The notes under the pieces: model-generated | The model's input: the letters and a program-made list of their open reading frames with translations, nothing else | The model's database searches: none | Told to the model about the DNA's origin: nothing | Part shown: positions 1 through 10,525 of the stretch, piece by piece | How positions within the stretch are numbered: position 1 is the stretch's first letter | Layout: every line of letters starts with the position of its first letter | Made by a program: the position numbers and the translations under genes | NCBI GenBank assembly: GCA_030668875.1 | Contig: DAOVER010000006.1 | Coordinates: 60,001 to 92,000 of the forward strand | Direction of reading: 5' to 3' | Length of the DNA: 32,000 nt | DNA from: Candidatus Heimdallarchaeota archaeon | Lineage (GTDB): Archaea > Asgardarchaeota > Heimdallarchaeia > Heimdallarchaeales > Heimdallarchaeaceae

Positions 1-1979
1 GATCTACGTGACAATTCAATATTGATATTCTTATGAGTAGCGGCAACAAATAAGTCTCTTAGCCTCCCTCCTGCATTTCCAATTGGGAACAACATCTGAA
101 CAGGAGGTTTCATTCGTCTGTCTTTTGCTTTTTCTGGTCTTCCCATTCTAGCACCAGTGTAAACTGGACATTTATCTCTGATTTTCACGTTCTCTAAAGA
201 ATTGATTAAATCGATCACCCTTCCATTCTTCTTGGAAATTGGTAGTAGTTTTCCTTCTTTATAACCAATCGTATTTAACAAAGGCAAAGAGTGCAAATCC
301 AAAATAATCTTATCTTCTACTAGTTTGTGAGGAACACAAATTGATTCTAATATTTCTTTAACTTCAAGTTTATTATCAATTTCAAGAATATTATTATCAA
401 AACTACTGTTTGACTTTATGTGGTCTCTTAGAGACTTAAACTCTTCTACAGAAATATTAGACCAGTGATAGGTAAACTCTGGATGGAGAGGAATGTTTAG
501 TTTATCAGATAGTTCAAGTGCTTCTTGTGGCGAAGGAATTAAACTGAAAGGATGTTGAACAAAACCATCAATTTTCTCCAAAAGTTTGTTATCGGTTTTT
601 ACACCTGTGGTTTCCTTGAAATCTACAAAGGCTTCCTCAAGTTCTTGAATCCACCATTCTTCACAGTAACCTGAAGGGATTAAATCAAAGTTACTCTGAT
701 TAAACTCACCAACCCCGTACAACATATCCCCGAGAAATAAGATTTCAAGTAAATTTTCTCTAATAGCTATTGCTTGATCATAGCTTTCTATTTTTAATAC
801 ATCGCCATTCTTTAATTTTACAATAGGTGGATGGATTGAATCAACAGGCATAACTATCGCTCCCTTTCCAGGCCTTTCTGTACGCACATGGGTACCACAA
901 GCTAGAAAATCATCCACTAAACCCATAAGAGCAGGATGTATACCCATACCAGCCAAACCTGTTGTTCTAGACCTACCATATCTAAGTCTGAAACCTCCTT
1001 CCACTGAGGGATGTGAAAAAACAGGTCTTCCTCCAATTACATCCCTTATGTATCCCATATCAGAGACGATTTCTTCTTCAGTATCAACTTCTATATCCTC
1101 TTCTTCATCATCATATTTGATGTCTGATTCTTCATCTGAAATAGAACCACTTTTCTCATGAATCTCAATTAACTTTGTAAGCCAATCCCAACCATCAAGT
1201 TTGTTGTCTTTAGTTTTCTTGATAAGTTTCTTTGATCTGCCAACAAGACCATCATTAAAGACTAAACAAGCCCCACCACGTAAACGGTTTGTCTCGATTC
1301 TTCTTAAATCACGATTTCCTGTAACCTCAACTTTGTCTGTTGGCTCTCCGCTAATCTCAATTGGCAGATTCTGGGCAGCAAATCTTTGTTCGTCTTTTGT
1401 TGTCGGAAGTTGTAGATGACTAACTCTATTATATAACTCTAATTCTTCTATATATCTCTCAACCTCTCTTTGATCTGGTTGATATTTACCTATTTTCAAT
1501 CTTTTTCTAATAAAATCTCCTAAGAGTACACTCATACCAGCTGCAGTACCACCAGCTGAACGTATTGGACCTGAATAATAAACTGCAAGATAATCAGTCC
1601 CATCATCATTCTGTTTAATCTTTACCTTGGCGATACCCTCAATAGGAGCAGCAGTAATGCTCTCGGTGATAACAGCGAGAGATGTACGTAAAGCTTGATC
1701 TGCTAATATTTCCTTAGAACCCTTAATTAACTTCTGATCACAAATTTCACCAGCAATTCTGAATGCAACTTGTTCTCTAGATAGATCCTGTTTTTCTAGA
1801 TCCCTGATTCTTATTCCTACTCCTTCTGGACCAATCAAACCTTCAACTCTATCAGCTATATCTTTAGCTATGGGTATTTCGACATTAAGAGATGGATCTA
1901 ATCCTTGCTCTCGAGCTTTTTCAGCAATATTATAGATGATATGTAGTTGATCATTTAGACGGTTGAAATAATCTTGCAT
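1..1979 (-). CDS. polC: DNA polymerase D large subunit (DP2), N-terminal ~660 aa; continues beyond the left window edge
   Basis: Manual translation of the minus strand (absent from the ORF track because there is no stop in the window). It begins MQDYFNRLNDQLHIIYNIAEKAREQGLDPSLNVEIPIAKDIADRVEGLIGP and contains GGFRLRYGRSR, GYCEEWW and GARMGRPEKAKDRRMKPP, all DP2 signatures. In-frame GTG/TTG at 2018/2021 are alternative starts. Confidence 0.95.
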   Translation of the reverse strand, partial: MQDYFNRLNDQLHIIYNIAEKAREQGLDPSLNVEIPIAKDIADRVEGLIGPEGVGIRIRDLEKQDLSREQVAFRIAGEICDQKLIKGSKEILADQALRTSLAVITESITAAPIEGIAKVKIKQNDDGTDYLAVYYSGPIRSAGGTAAGMSVLLGDFIRKRLKIGKYQPDQREVERYIEELELYNRVSHLQLPTTKDEQRFAAQNLPIEISGEPTDKVEVTGNRDLRRIETNRLRGGACLVFNDGLVGRSKKLIKKTKDNKLDGWDWLTKLIEIHEKSGSISDEESDIKYDDEEEDIEVDTEEEIVSDMGYIRDVIGGRPVFSHPSVEGGFRLRYGRSRTTGLAGMGIHPALMGLVDDFLACGTHVRTERPGKGAIVMPVDSIHPPIVKLKNGDVLKIESYDQAIAIRENLLEILFLGDMLYGVGEFNQSNFDLIPSGYCEEWWIQELEEAFVDFKETTGVKTDNKLLEKIDGFVQHPFSLIPSPQEALELSDKLNIPLHPEFTYHWSNISVEEFKSLRDHIKSNSSFDNNILEIDNKLEVKEILESICVPHKLVEDKIILDLHSLPLLNTIGYKEGKLLPISKKNGRVIDLINSLENVKIRDKCPVYTGARMGRPEKAKDRRMKPPVQMLFPIGNAGGRLRDLFVAATHKNINIELSRR

Positions 1980-2123
1980 ATTGATAGATAAATTCTGATT
2001 CTGAGTGATTTGATTCACCAATCCGTTTTGGGCAATGTATGTGTAAATTTTTTAACTTTATAAGTCTGTCATATACCAGTTTTGAGATATAAATATTTTT
2101 TAATTAGGAAACTTTGTTTAACT

Positions 2124-2729
2124 GTGATTAGGGTTACAATTGCGACTAAGAATTTTAGGTTTTTGTATATAGTTGAGAATATTCTATCTAAAATAAATGA
2201 AATTAAAACTAATCACATTTTACCTGAGGAATTTATGGATGATAACTCTGACGTTATAATTACGACCGAAATAGAGAAAAATAGTATTAGAAGCAAAAAA
2301 ATATTCATACCAAAAGCTTTCAATCATTACAATCTCTTTTCCAACATTTTTCTTATTGCAAATAATAGAAAGAAATTTGGAGAGGTGGTTGTTGGTATAG
2401 ATCCTGGAAAAACCATAGGTTTTGCCGTAATAGGAGAAGGAAAAAATATCTTAGGGGTAGGGGAGTTTTTTACTGCGGTTGATGCGGTAAAGGAAGTAAT
2501 TACGATTTTCTTCAACATTGAAACAGATACCTTCAAAGTAAACATTGGTAGGGGGGGAGGGAAAACTAAAGAGGAGATTATCAAGAGATTGATAAGTATA
2601 TTCCACGAAAAAGTTCCTGTCAATGTAATAAATGAAGATTTCACGTCTCAAAATAAGAATCGTTTAGCAGAGGTTAGATATAGTAAAAATATCAGTGCGG
2701 CACTAAATATCGCAAGTCGAGATATTTAA
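2124..2729 (+). CDS. RNase H-fold (YqgF/RuvC-like) domain protein
   Basis: VVVGIDPGKTIGFAVI beta-hairpin motif, INEDFTS and NISAALNIA resemble the YqgF-type motifs. GTG at 2124 preferred over TTG at 2082; the start is uncertain. Confidence 0.6.
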   Translation: MIRVTIATKNFRFLYIVENILSKINEIKTNHILPEEFMDDNSDVIITTEIEKNSIRSKKIFIPKAFNHYNLFSNIFLIANNRKKFGEVVVGIDPGKTIGFAVIGEGKNILGVGEFFTAVDAVKEVITIFFNIETDTFKVNIGRGGGKTKEEIIKRLISIFHEKVPVNVINEDFTSQNKNRLAEVRYSKNISAALNIASRDI

Positions 2730-2931
2730 AAATGCATATGAAAACATTTCTAAATACCAACAAATAATTAGGTTTAAAACAAAGATTGAACGAATTTGTG
2801 TTTAGTTAGAAACACTAACATTCGTTAAAATTACAAAATCTGGAATATCTAAAAGTATTTAATAGTTGCATGATAAAGCTTATTGTTTCAAATTAATTAT
2901 TTGTGATAATGTTATAAGGATAGAGATATCG

Positions 2932-3813
2932 ATGGAAGGCGTTGTAGAACAAGATAAGACCATTGATGAGATGATTGACGAAATACAAGAGCAATTCAAT
3001 ATTGTTGGTAGAACATTTGAACTTAAGAAATGTTTAGCAGCAAAGCTCGCAAATAGGCATATATTGTTAGAGGGAGATGTTGGAGTGGGTAAAACCACAT
3101 TAGCCCATGCACTAGCATCTTACTTCTCCCAAGATCTTGAAAGAGTAGATGGCGATGAAAGATATAGTTCTTCTAAGCTAGTTGGGCATTTTGACCCTCC
3201 AATGGTAATTGAAAAGGGATATGACTGGGATTCATTTGTCACAGGCCCATTAACCAAAGCCATGCAACAAGGAGCTATCTTATTTTTGAATGAATTGAAT
3301 AGAATGCCAGAAGGCACACAAAACGTGCTTTTAGCTGCCATGGATGAAGGAATAATAATGATTCCAAAACTAGGCGAGGTTAAAGCAGTTGATGGTTTCT
3401 TTATTATTAGTGCAATGAACCCAGCAGAACTTGTAGCAACAACTCCTTTGAGTGAGGCTTTAAGAGACAGGTTCGTTTGGATAAGGTTGCAATATCAACC
3501 TGAAGAGGAAGAGCAAAATATTGTTCGTGTTCGAACTGGTATTAAGGATGAAAAAATCATTCTTATGGCCGTAAAAATCGTTCGAGCAACAAGGGATTGG
3601 CCAGATTTACGGAGAGGATCTTCAATCAGAGGAGCAATAGATTTAGCAGCAATAATTCGATTTCTAGAAGTAAATGATATTGAATCATGGATTGATAGTT
3701 CAATAATGGCTTTAGCAACTAAAATCGAACTTGAAGATGGTGTTGAAAGTTTAGTGGAAGATGTAATTAAAGACATAGTCACTACTACTTTGCAAGATAT
3801 GGATTTTTTCTAG
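2932..3813 (+). CDS. MoxR-family AAA+ ATPase (CoxD/NorQ/GvpN-like)
   Basis: Walker A GDVGVGKT, Walker B-like LFLNELNR, AMNP sensor, LSEALRDRF arginine finger; adjacent VWA gene. ATG at 2932 chosen over TTG at 2866. Confidence 0.9.
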   Translation: MEGVVEQDKTIDEMIDEIQEQFNIVGRTFELKKCLAAKLANRHILLEGDVGVGKTTLAHALASYFSQDLERVDGDERYSSSKLVGHFDPPMVIEKGYDWDSFVTGPLTKAMQQGAILFLNELNRMPEGTQNVLLAAMDEGIIMIPKLGEVKAVDGFFIISAMNPAELVATTPLSEALRDRFVWIRLQYQPEEEEQNIVRVRTGIKDEKIILMAVKIVRATRDWPDLRRGSSIRGAIDLAAIIRFLEVNDIESWIDSSIMALATKIELEDGVESLVEDVIKDIVTTTLQDMDFF

Positions 3814-3872
3814 AAGAGGAGGGGGATCCATTCCGAGAGGACTTCCAAAAACCATATGTCTTTAGAGGAAAA

Positions 3873-4892
3873 ATGGATAAAGGTAGGCTTTTAGAAGCCG
3901 AAATTGTGTCTGGAAAAAGAAACCCTTCAGTTTATTCAAGTTTGTCTGAAGGTATGAGTTATTATGAAATTAAAAAGCAAACTGAATTAGCTGTTGATGT
4001 TGATAATATGCCAGCTATTCAAGGACTAGCTATTTCAAATAAATTCGCTGTCGCGGAAGCGTTAAACTCTAAAAAGGGCTATACTCTTATTTCAAGAAGA
4101 GCATCTAAAGGTGATAGTAGTGCCCCTGAATTATTTTTTATGTTAAGGTCAGCTTTAGACGATAGAATGAGACCAGTTTTTCGTCGATTAGCAAGAAAAG
4201 TTATTCTAACAACCGCTTTTGGTGTTACAAGTCAAGGGATTAGAGGAGAAGTTTTTGAACAAACTGAATATGAACCAGGTTTAGATGAATTTGATATTGA
4301 TGAAACGTTAGAAAGATTTCTTGAAAACAGAAGTAGAATCTTGAACACTGAAGACATAGTTAGTCTTGAGAGAAAAGAAAAACAAAAGACTGCAGTGTTA
4401 ATGTTTGATACTTCTGGTTCATTGTATGGTGAACGATTCACAACAGCAGCTTTGACAGTTGCCGTGATGGCATATAATTTAGCACGAGATAATTTCAGTG
4501 TTGTAGTATTCAATACAAAAGCCTATACTATCAAACGTATAAAAGAAAGAGTGAAGACAGACGAGCTTGTTAATCGAATCCTTGAGAGTGATAGCGCCGG
4601 ATATACTAATATATCTGAAGGGTTAAAATATGGCGGTATAGAACTCGAAAAAATCAAAAAAAGAAACAAGTTTGGTGTTCTTGTTACCGATGGAGCTTTC
4701 AATAGAGGAGGCGATCCACGTCCTTACCTGAAATATTTTCCTAAACTTCATGTTTTAGCACTGCCAAGTAAGCAAGATTGGGGAAGAAGAGTGTGTAAAG
4801 ATCTTGCTAGACTTGGCAGAGGGAAGTTCTCAGAGGTTAACAGTTACAAACAGATTCCTCGTATTCTCATGCGACTTCTTAGAGAGGCTTAG
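3873..4892 (+). CDS. VWA (von Willebrand factor A) domain protein, MoxR partner
   Basis: MIDAS motif FDTSGS, YTNI and VTDG; directly downstream of the MoxR gene. Confidence 0.9.
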   Translation: MDKGRLLEAEIVSGKRNPSVYSSLSEGMSYYEIKKQTELAVDVDNMPAIQGLAISNKFAVAEALNSKKGYTLISRRASKGDSSAPELFFMLRSALDDRMRPVFRRLARKVILTTAFGVTSQGIRGEVFEQTEYEPGLDEFDIDETLERFLENRSRILNTEDIVSLERKEKQKTAVLMFDTSGSLYGERFTTAALTVAVMAYNLARDNFSVVVFNTKAYTIKRIKERVKTDELVNRILESDSAGYTNISEGLKYGGIELEKIKKRNKFGVLVTDGAFNRGGDPRPYLKYFPKLHVLALPSKQDWGRRVCKDLARLGRGKFSEVNSYKQIPRILMRLLREA

Positions 4893-4894
4893 GG

Positions 4895-6904
4895 GTGAAA
4901 AAAATTACACCCAAAAGAAAGAAGAAAAAGAAAAATATTCCTATTTTAGGACCAAATACTCTTTTCTTCTGTGATAATTGTGTTTTACCAATCATCAAAG
5001 CTAAAAATTGTCCTATTTGTGAAGGGCAAACTAAACTATTTCCTCTTACTCCCCCTTATGATGCTCGTCCTGCAATGAAGGTAGATATTGTCCAGATTAG
5101 TAAACTTATCTCCGATAATTTTGGTGACGACGTCGAGATAATAACAGAGGAAGACATTGTTATTTTGAACCACATTGGTTCAGAAGATTTCATGGATGAG
5201 ATATTCCTTCAGAATCACAGTATCGGTGTTCGTCGATTTGATATTATCGCAAATAAATGGATTATCAAGCTTAGCAAAAAGGGATTATCACTTTTAAGCG
5301 GTAAATTTTCAAAGAGATGGGTCAAGGTTGGTGATGGAGCTGTTGATAAAATCAAAAGTGGAGCTAGTGTTCTTATCCCTGGCGTTCTAGATGCTGACCC
5401 AGAGATTAAAATTGGTGACTATATTGTTGTGATTAGCAATAATGACGAGATCATAGCAGGCGGAATCGCTCGTATAGATGAATCTGATAGACGAAGTATG
5501 GAAAGAGGCATTTACGCTAAAAACTATAAGCCCGTTACTGAACAATTCTTTGTTAAGAAATCCAAACTTTCTTGGGAAGAGATTATCCAATGGAATCAAT
5601 CCGAATTACAGAAAATAGAAAAAGAATCTATCGATTTCATCATCAAAATCTGCAACGATTTGCAGCTTCCTGTCGCTGTTTCCTACAGTGGTGGTAAAGA
5701 TAGTTTAGTTACTCTTAAACTTGTTATGGATGCTCTTCCTAACGAAGACATCAAGGTTCTTTTTGCCAATACTGGTATTGAATTTCCTGAGACTATTGAT
5801 TACGTTAAAGAGAGCAGCAAACTTCTAAATTTCGAAGATAAATTAGTTATTGAAAGTGTCTCTTCTGATCTTTTCTGGGAGGCTTTTTCTCGATTTGGTC
5901 CTCCAGGCAGAGATTTTCGTTATTGCTGTAAATTTGCCAAACTCGCCCCCATTCAGAAACTCATCGAACAGAATTTCCCTGGGGGTAAATGTGTCAGTTT
6001 TATTGGTCAACGCAGATATGAATCTTTCAAACGTTCCGTTACAAATATTTGGACCAACCAATATATCTCTAATCAAATCAATGTCTCCCCCATTCAAAAT
6101 TGGACAGCTTTCATGATTTGGCTTTACATTCATTGGAAAAAACTACCTTATAATCCTCTTTATGATAGTGGCTACGAGCGTATTGGTTGTTGGGCTTGCC
6201 CCTCTTCCAATTTAGCACAAATGCAAATTCTTGAAGAACACCATCCCAGTTTACACAGTCAATTATTTGAAGCTGTTAAGACTTGGAGAGAAGATCGAAA
6301 CCTTCCTGAAGAATATTGGTCCTACGGTTTATGGAGGTTTAAGAGTTTGCCTAAGAAGATCAGGGATATTCTCCCCCCAAATTTAGAGGAAGGAAAACAT
6401 TCTGATAAAGAAATGACTTTAACTTCTTTACAACTAGAGGAGAGTGACTGTTTAACACAGCCTATAACTGTTATAGGAGCTTTCTCCAAAAACGTTCAAC
6501 TAGAGAAAGTAAATGAAGCACTACCAATGGTAGGAGAAGTGAAAACGAATCAACAAATGAACTATACAAGAGTTACAGGGAAGGACTACTCCACAATACT
6601 ATATGGAGATGGTACTTTCAAGATAAGCTTCAAAGAAAAAGAAATGAGAACAGGTAAAGAAGTAGTAGAAGTTGTAAATGCATTTGTATACACAATACTA
6701 AGAAGCATTGATTGCATTGGTTGTGGATTGTGTGTAGGAAAATGTGAAGAGAAGGCAATAAAAATAGAAGGAGGGAAATTAGAAGTAAATAAGCAACTCT
6801 GTAACCAATGCAAACAGTGTTTTGATGTATGTCCTATAGTCACAGTGGTAAACAAGGAAATTAAAAAAGATATTAGACAAGCTATATGGCTAAAAAGGCA
6901 ATAA
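4895..6904 (+). CDS. PAPS/APS reductase-family protein with N-terminal Zn ribbon, PUA domain and C-terminal 2x[4Fe-4S] ferredoxin domain
   Basis: CDNC...CPIC, PUA-like VDKIKSGASVLIPGV, PP-loop SYSGGKDS, CCKFAK, GYERIGCWACP, CIGCGLCVGKC and CNQCKQCFDVCP. Confidence 0.85.
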   Translation: MKKITPKRKKKKKNIPILGPNTLFFCDNCVLPIIKAKNCPICEGQTKLFPLTPPYDARPAMKVDIVQISKLISDNFGDDVEIITEEDIVILNHIGSEDFMDEIFLQNHSIGVRRFDIIANKWIIKLSKKGLSLLSGKFSKRWVKVGDGAVDKIKSGASVLIPGVLDADPEIKIGDYIVVISNNDEIIAGGIARIDESDRRSMERGIYAKNYKPVTEQFFVKKSKLSWEEIIQWNQSELQKIEKESIDFIIKICNDLQLPVAVSYSGGKDSLVTLKLVMDALPNEDIKVLFANTGIEFPETIDYVKESSKLLNFEDKLVIESVSSDLFWEAFSRFGPPGRDFRYCCKFAKLAPIQKLIEQNFPGGKCVSFIGQRRYESFKRSVTNIWTNQYISNQINVSPIQNWTAFMIWLYIHWKKLPYNPLYDSGYERIGCWACPSSNLAQMQILEEHHPSLHSQLFEAVKTWREDRNLPEEYWSYGLWRFKSLPKKIRDILPPNLEEGKHSDKEMTLTSLQLEESDCLTQPITVIGAFSKNVQLEKVNEALPMVGEVKTNQQMNYTRVTGKDYSTILYGDGTFKISFKEKEMRTGKEVVEVVNAFVYTILRSIDCIGCGLCVGKCEEKAIKIEGGKLEVNKQLCNQCKQCFDVCPIVTVVNKEIKKDIRQAIWLKRQ

Positions 6905-6974
6905 AAACACTAAAAAAACAGTAGCGAATATCATAACATTTTTTTATAAAGACTTTGAGTTTGTTTTGATTATT

Positions 6975-7394
6975 ATGCCAGCAAACCCAAATCGTGAGTT
7001 TCTATTAGAATTAAGTGGGCTTCTTAATAAAAGAGTTAAAATTTTGATGAATAATGAAAGAATCTACATCGGTGTTCTTCGAGGAATACAAGATGATAGT
7101 CTAAATGTGGTTTTAGCTGATGCTGACAGTAGTGGAGAGTATTACTATAGAGTTTTCATTACAGGTAGCAACATTGTTGAAATTACTTTAGCTGAAGAGC
7201 CTTTTGATTTATCAGGACTAGCGGGTGAACTATCACAAATGTTCCAGCCTCAAAATGTAAAAGTTATTGAAGAAGCAGCAATTATTCAGGTGTTTGATAG
7301 GTTTACTGTCAGTGAAGAAGGTGTCAAAGGTACAGGACCTATCTCTGAAAGAATCCAAAAGATATTTGATAAATACAAAGCACAGACTGAGTAA
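6975..7394 (+). CDS. Sm-like (Lsm) protein with C-terminal extension, SmAP3 type
   Basis: Sm1 (LLNKRVKILMNNERIYIGVLRG...LNVVLADA), Sm2 (RVFITGSNIVEI) and an extension PFDL...VSEEGVKGTGPISERI typical of augmented SmAP3. Confidence 0.8.
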   Translation: MPANPNREFLLELSGLLNKRVKILMNNERIYIGVLRGIQDDSLNVVLADADSSGEYYYRVFITGSNIVEITLAEEPFDLSGLAGELSQMFQPQNVKVIEEAAIIQVFDRFTVSEEGVKGTGPISERIQKIFDKYKAQTE

Positions 7395-7444
7395 TACTCA
7401 ATCCATAATATCTTTTTTTTATTCTTTTATTTGATTCTAGGTGT

Positions 7445-9085
7445 ATGAATATGGATGAAATTATAGCCACAGATTTGCATGGAAGGTTAGCTAAAATTAA
7501 TTTTGATAGAGAAGACGTTATAACACCAAATCTTTTACCAGTTTTAGATCCGAAAAATAATATTATATCAGCAGAAGAAATGTCTAAGAAATTTGGTTTT
7601 AATTTCATTATCACTAGCGCTTATCTTTTCTTCAAACGATTTGGTTTTCCTGATGATTCAATGAAAATCCATGAAATCACAGATTTTAGTGGTAATATTA
7701 TGATGGATAGTGGTGCTTATCAGATATTGGCTTATGGAGATGTAGACATAGATCCCATGCTTTCATTAGAGATTCAAAGCAAATTAGAACCAGATGTAGG
7801 TGTAGTACTAGATGTTCCTACTCCTCCAACCGATAGCTTTCAACAAGCTAGCCAAAAAGTAGATGAAACCATAAAAAACATTGATATTTCTCTTGATCAT
7901 GTGAGAAATCATCCAGAAACCAAATGGACGCTCCCTATACAAGGTGGAAAAAACATTCAATTAATTGATAGATATATTGATGAAGTATCAGACAAAGGGT
8001 ATCTAGATTTCTTCAAATTCTATGCTCTTGGAAGTGTAGTACCTATCATGTCACAATATGATTATGTTTCCCTCTTTTCAATGATACAAACAGCAAGAAG
8101 AAAACTACCATACAACATACCATTTCATCTTTTTGGTGCAGGTCACCCCATGATATTTCCATTTGTAGTAGCTTTAGGATGTGATACATTTGATAGTGCA
8201 GCCTATATTCTCTACGCTAAAGAAAACCGGTATATGACATCTACGGGTACATATCATCTTTCAAATCTTAGTGAACTGCCATGTAATTGTGAAGTTTGTT
8301 CCAAATGGACTTCCAAAGAATTACAAGAATCGAAGAAAGAAGAAAGAATTCGTAATTTATCTTTGCATAATCTCGCCACATCATCGTCTGAAATTAAGCA
8401 AATACGTACTTCTTTAAGAGAAGGAAGACTCTGGGAACTAATTGAACTAAAAGCGAAGTCACATCCTTCATTATTCAAAGCTTTCAATTATGTTCTAAAA
8501 AACACTGAAAAATACTATTGGGAATTGTTAACACCAATCACCAAACAAATTGGATTAAAGATATTTGACGAATTCTCATATTATCGCCCAGAATTTACTA
8601 GATCAAGAAGAAGGATTATTGAAAATTTTAGCCCACAAAGAAATCAAATGTTGTTATTCTTAACCTCTGGTAGAAAGAATCCAATTGAATTACTATATGC
8701 AAATGAAAACATAAGGAAGGTTATTCAGCAAGAATCAGAGAAAATTGATATTGGAATATTTTTACCTTTCATTGGGGTTCTTCCAGCAGAGTTAATTGAA
8801 ACATTCCCATTTAGTCAATATGTCTTTTCTAATGTTATTTCTAAGGATTTAATGGAATTAGTAAATATTGATGTTGAAAAATTCATTAAAGAAATGAAAT
8901 ATGAAAAAATAATACTTTGTCATGTTGATTCTGGGAGGGAATTTATGAAACACATGAAAACAACTGAAGAGTTGATTCATAGAACTGTAAAGGAAGTGCA
9001 ATTAACTAGTCTTAAAGATCTTTATAAGAAAAATAAATTAATACCAAAAGCTAGCGCAGATTCAAAGGTAAACGAGTTTTTATAG
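7445..9085 (+). CDS. tgtA: Archaeosine tRNA-guanine(15) transglycosylase (arcTGT), without C-terminal PUA domain
   Basis: TPNLLPV, MMDSGAYQ, HLFGAGHP, GCDTFDSAAY, Zn site CNCEVC...HNL, GRLWEL. Confidence 0.9.
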   Translation: MNMDEIIATDLHGRLAKINFDREDVITPNLLPVLDPKNNIISAEEMSKKFGFNFIITSAYLFFKRFGFPDDSMKIHEITDFSGNIMMDSGAYQILAYGDVDIDPMLSLEIQSKLEPDVGVVLDVPTPPTDSFQQASQKVDETIKNIDISLDHVRNHPETKWTLPIQGGKNIQLIDRYIDEVSDKGYLDFFKFYALGSVVPIMSQYDYVSLFSMIQTARRKLPYNIPFHLFGAGHPMIFPFVVALGCDTFDSAAYILYAKENRYMTSTGTYHLSNLSELPCNCEVCSKWTSKELQESKKEERIRNLSLHNLATSSSEIKQIRTSLREGRLWELIELKAKSHPSLFKAFNYVLKNTEKYYWELLTPITKQIGLKIFDEFSYYRPEFTRSRRRIIENFSPQRNQMLLFLTSGRKNPIELLYANENIRKVIQQESEKIDIGIFLPFIGVLPAELIETFPFSQYVFSNVISKDLMELVNIDVEKFIKEMKYEKIILCHVDSGREFMKHMKTTEELIHRTVKEVQLTSLKDLYKKNKLIPKASADSKVNEFL

Positions 9086-9111
9086 TATTGTGAGTATAAA
9101 TAATTAGTATC

Positions 9112-10041
9112 ATGCCGAATATTTCTGTAAGTGACAAATTGGTTCCTGGTAAAACAATTGAATATATTGAGGGAGAGATTTTATCTATTAAATTGAGCCA
9201 ATGGGGAGTTATTGGTCAGCTAAGAACAGATTTTGGGATATACGATTACAAATTAAAAGAACCTGAAATGGCAAAGAGAATTCTTATTGGTATGAAATTA
9301 GAAATAAGTAATGGGTTTTGTGTCAAAAGTAAAAACAACAAAATTATTGTTACCGATGGAAAATTTGGTAAAACTAGTGTAGGAATAAGAATTGAAGACT
9401 ATTATCATACTGAGAAAAATGTAGATAGACTACTTACAGGTAAAGTAAACAAATGTAATCAGTTAGGAGGAAATTTAGAAATAGAATTAGAGCTTAGTTG
9501 TCCTACTCAGGCAGTTAGAAAGTTTTCAATACTTCTGCAAAATGAAGAAAATGACACTATTTTCACACAAAGATTAGAAGACTCAACTAATAAAATAATA
9601 AGAGTAGAAATGGAGAAGAGTCATAGTAACGCTGTTTGTTCTATAGAGATATTATCAAAAGATCACTTCTGGTATAAGTTTGAAGAATTAAAGGATGGAA
9701 AATTAGAGAATATTACTTATTTCTCTCAATTAATAATGAAACAGAGGGAAGTAATTGAAGAGTATATTAGGACATTTACCGAACTTCTTTTCAACTTAGG
9801 CAAAGATTTGTCAAAAACTACTTTAATATCACTTAGCAACTTGTTAAATTCAAAAATTTACGCTGCTGAAGTTAAATTTCCTTATACTTTATTGATATCA
9901 GAGATTGATATTGTAAATTATCTAAACTCTATGCTAGAATTCAGTAGAAGTTTTATCTATGGGTCTGATGCTGTAAAACAACCTGATGACTTGTTGATTC
10001 TTATAAATAATTTTTTTCCACAATATGGAGTAAAACGATAA
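9112..10041 (+). CDS. Hypothetical protein with a possible N-terminal OB fold (SSB/RPA-like)
   Basis: 309 aa ORF. The N-terminal ~90 aa is beta-rich and ends in LEISNGF...IIVTDGKFGK, resembling SSB-type OB folds. The ORF is likely real; the function call is weak. Confidence 0.5.
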   Translation: MPNISVSDKLVPGKTIEYIEGEILSIKLSQWGVIGQLRTDFGIYDYKLKEPEMAKRILIGMKLEISNGFCVKSKNNKIIVTDGKFGKTSVGIRIEDYYHTEKNVDRLLTGKVNKCNQLGGNLEIELELSCPTQAVRKFSILLQNEENDTIFTQRLEDSTNKIIRVEMEKSHSNAVCSIEILSKDHFWYKFEELKDGKLENITYFSQLIMKQREVIEEYIRTFTELLFNLGKDLSKTTLISLSNLLNSKIYAAEVKFPYTLLISEIDIVNYLNSMLEFSRSFIYGSDAVKQPDDLLILINNFFPQYGVKR

Positions 10042-10109
10042 ACAATCAAAGAATAATTTTAAGAGGAATGAAAGAATTTCATTCTATTTCTGTAATGAAT
10101 TTGGAAAAA

Positions 10110-10424
10110 TTATTTTCGTTCAATAGCGATTTCGATGTGTACATCCTCAGGAACATGAATCCTCATAAGAAGTCTCATACTCTTTTCTTCTGCGTCCATA
10201 TCGATAATTCTCTTATGTAATTTCATTTCTAAATGATCATAAGTTGCAGTTCCATTGCCACAAGGAGATTTTCTAACTGGAAGAACAATGCGTTTTGATG
10301 GAATTGGTATGGGTCCTCTAATACGTACTCCTGTTCTTTCAGCAATTTTTTGAATTTGATTACAGATTTTTTGCAAAGACTGGGGATCATTTCCTATCAA
10401 TTTTATTCTTGCACGTTGAGCCAT
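10110..10424 (-). CDS. rps10: 30S ribosomal protein uS10
   Basis: MAQRARIKL...GPIPIPSKRI...RKSPCGNGTATYDHLEMKLHKRIID; SD-like AGGTG before the ATG at 10424. Confidence 0.97.
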   Translation of the reverse strand: MAQRARIKLIGNDPQSLQKICNQIQKIAERTGVRIRGPIPIPSKRIVLPVRKSPCGNGTATYDHLEMKLHKRIIDMDAEEKSMRLLMRIHVPEDVHIEIAIERK

Positions 10425-10525
10425 TGCTACACCTTTTTGTAAAAGCAACAAGTTTGTTTTAAGAAGATTTCGTTTTAAGTTTTGTAATAATATATAAACA
10501 ACAAAAAAAATTGTAAAGAGTTATT

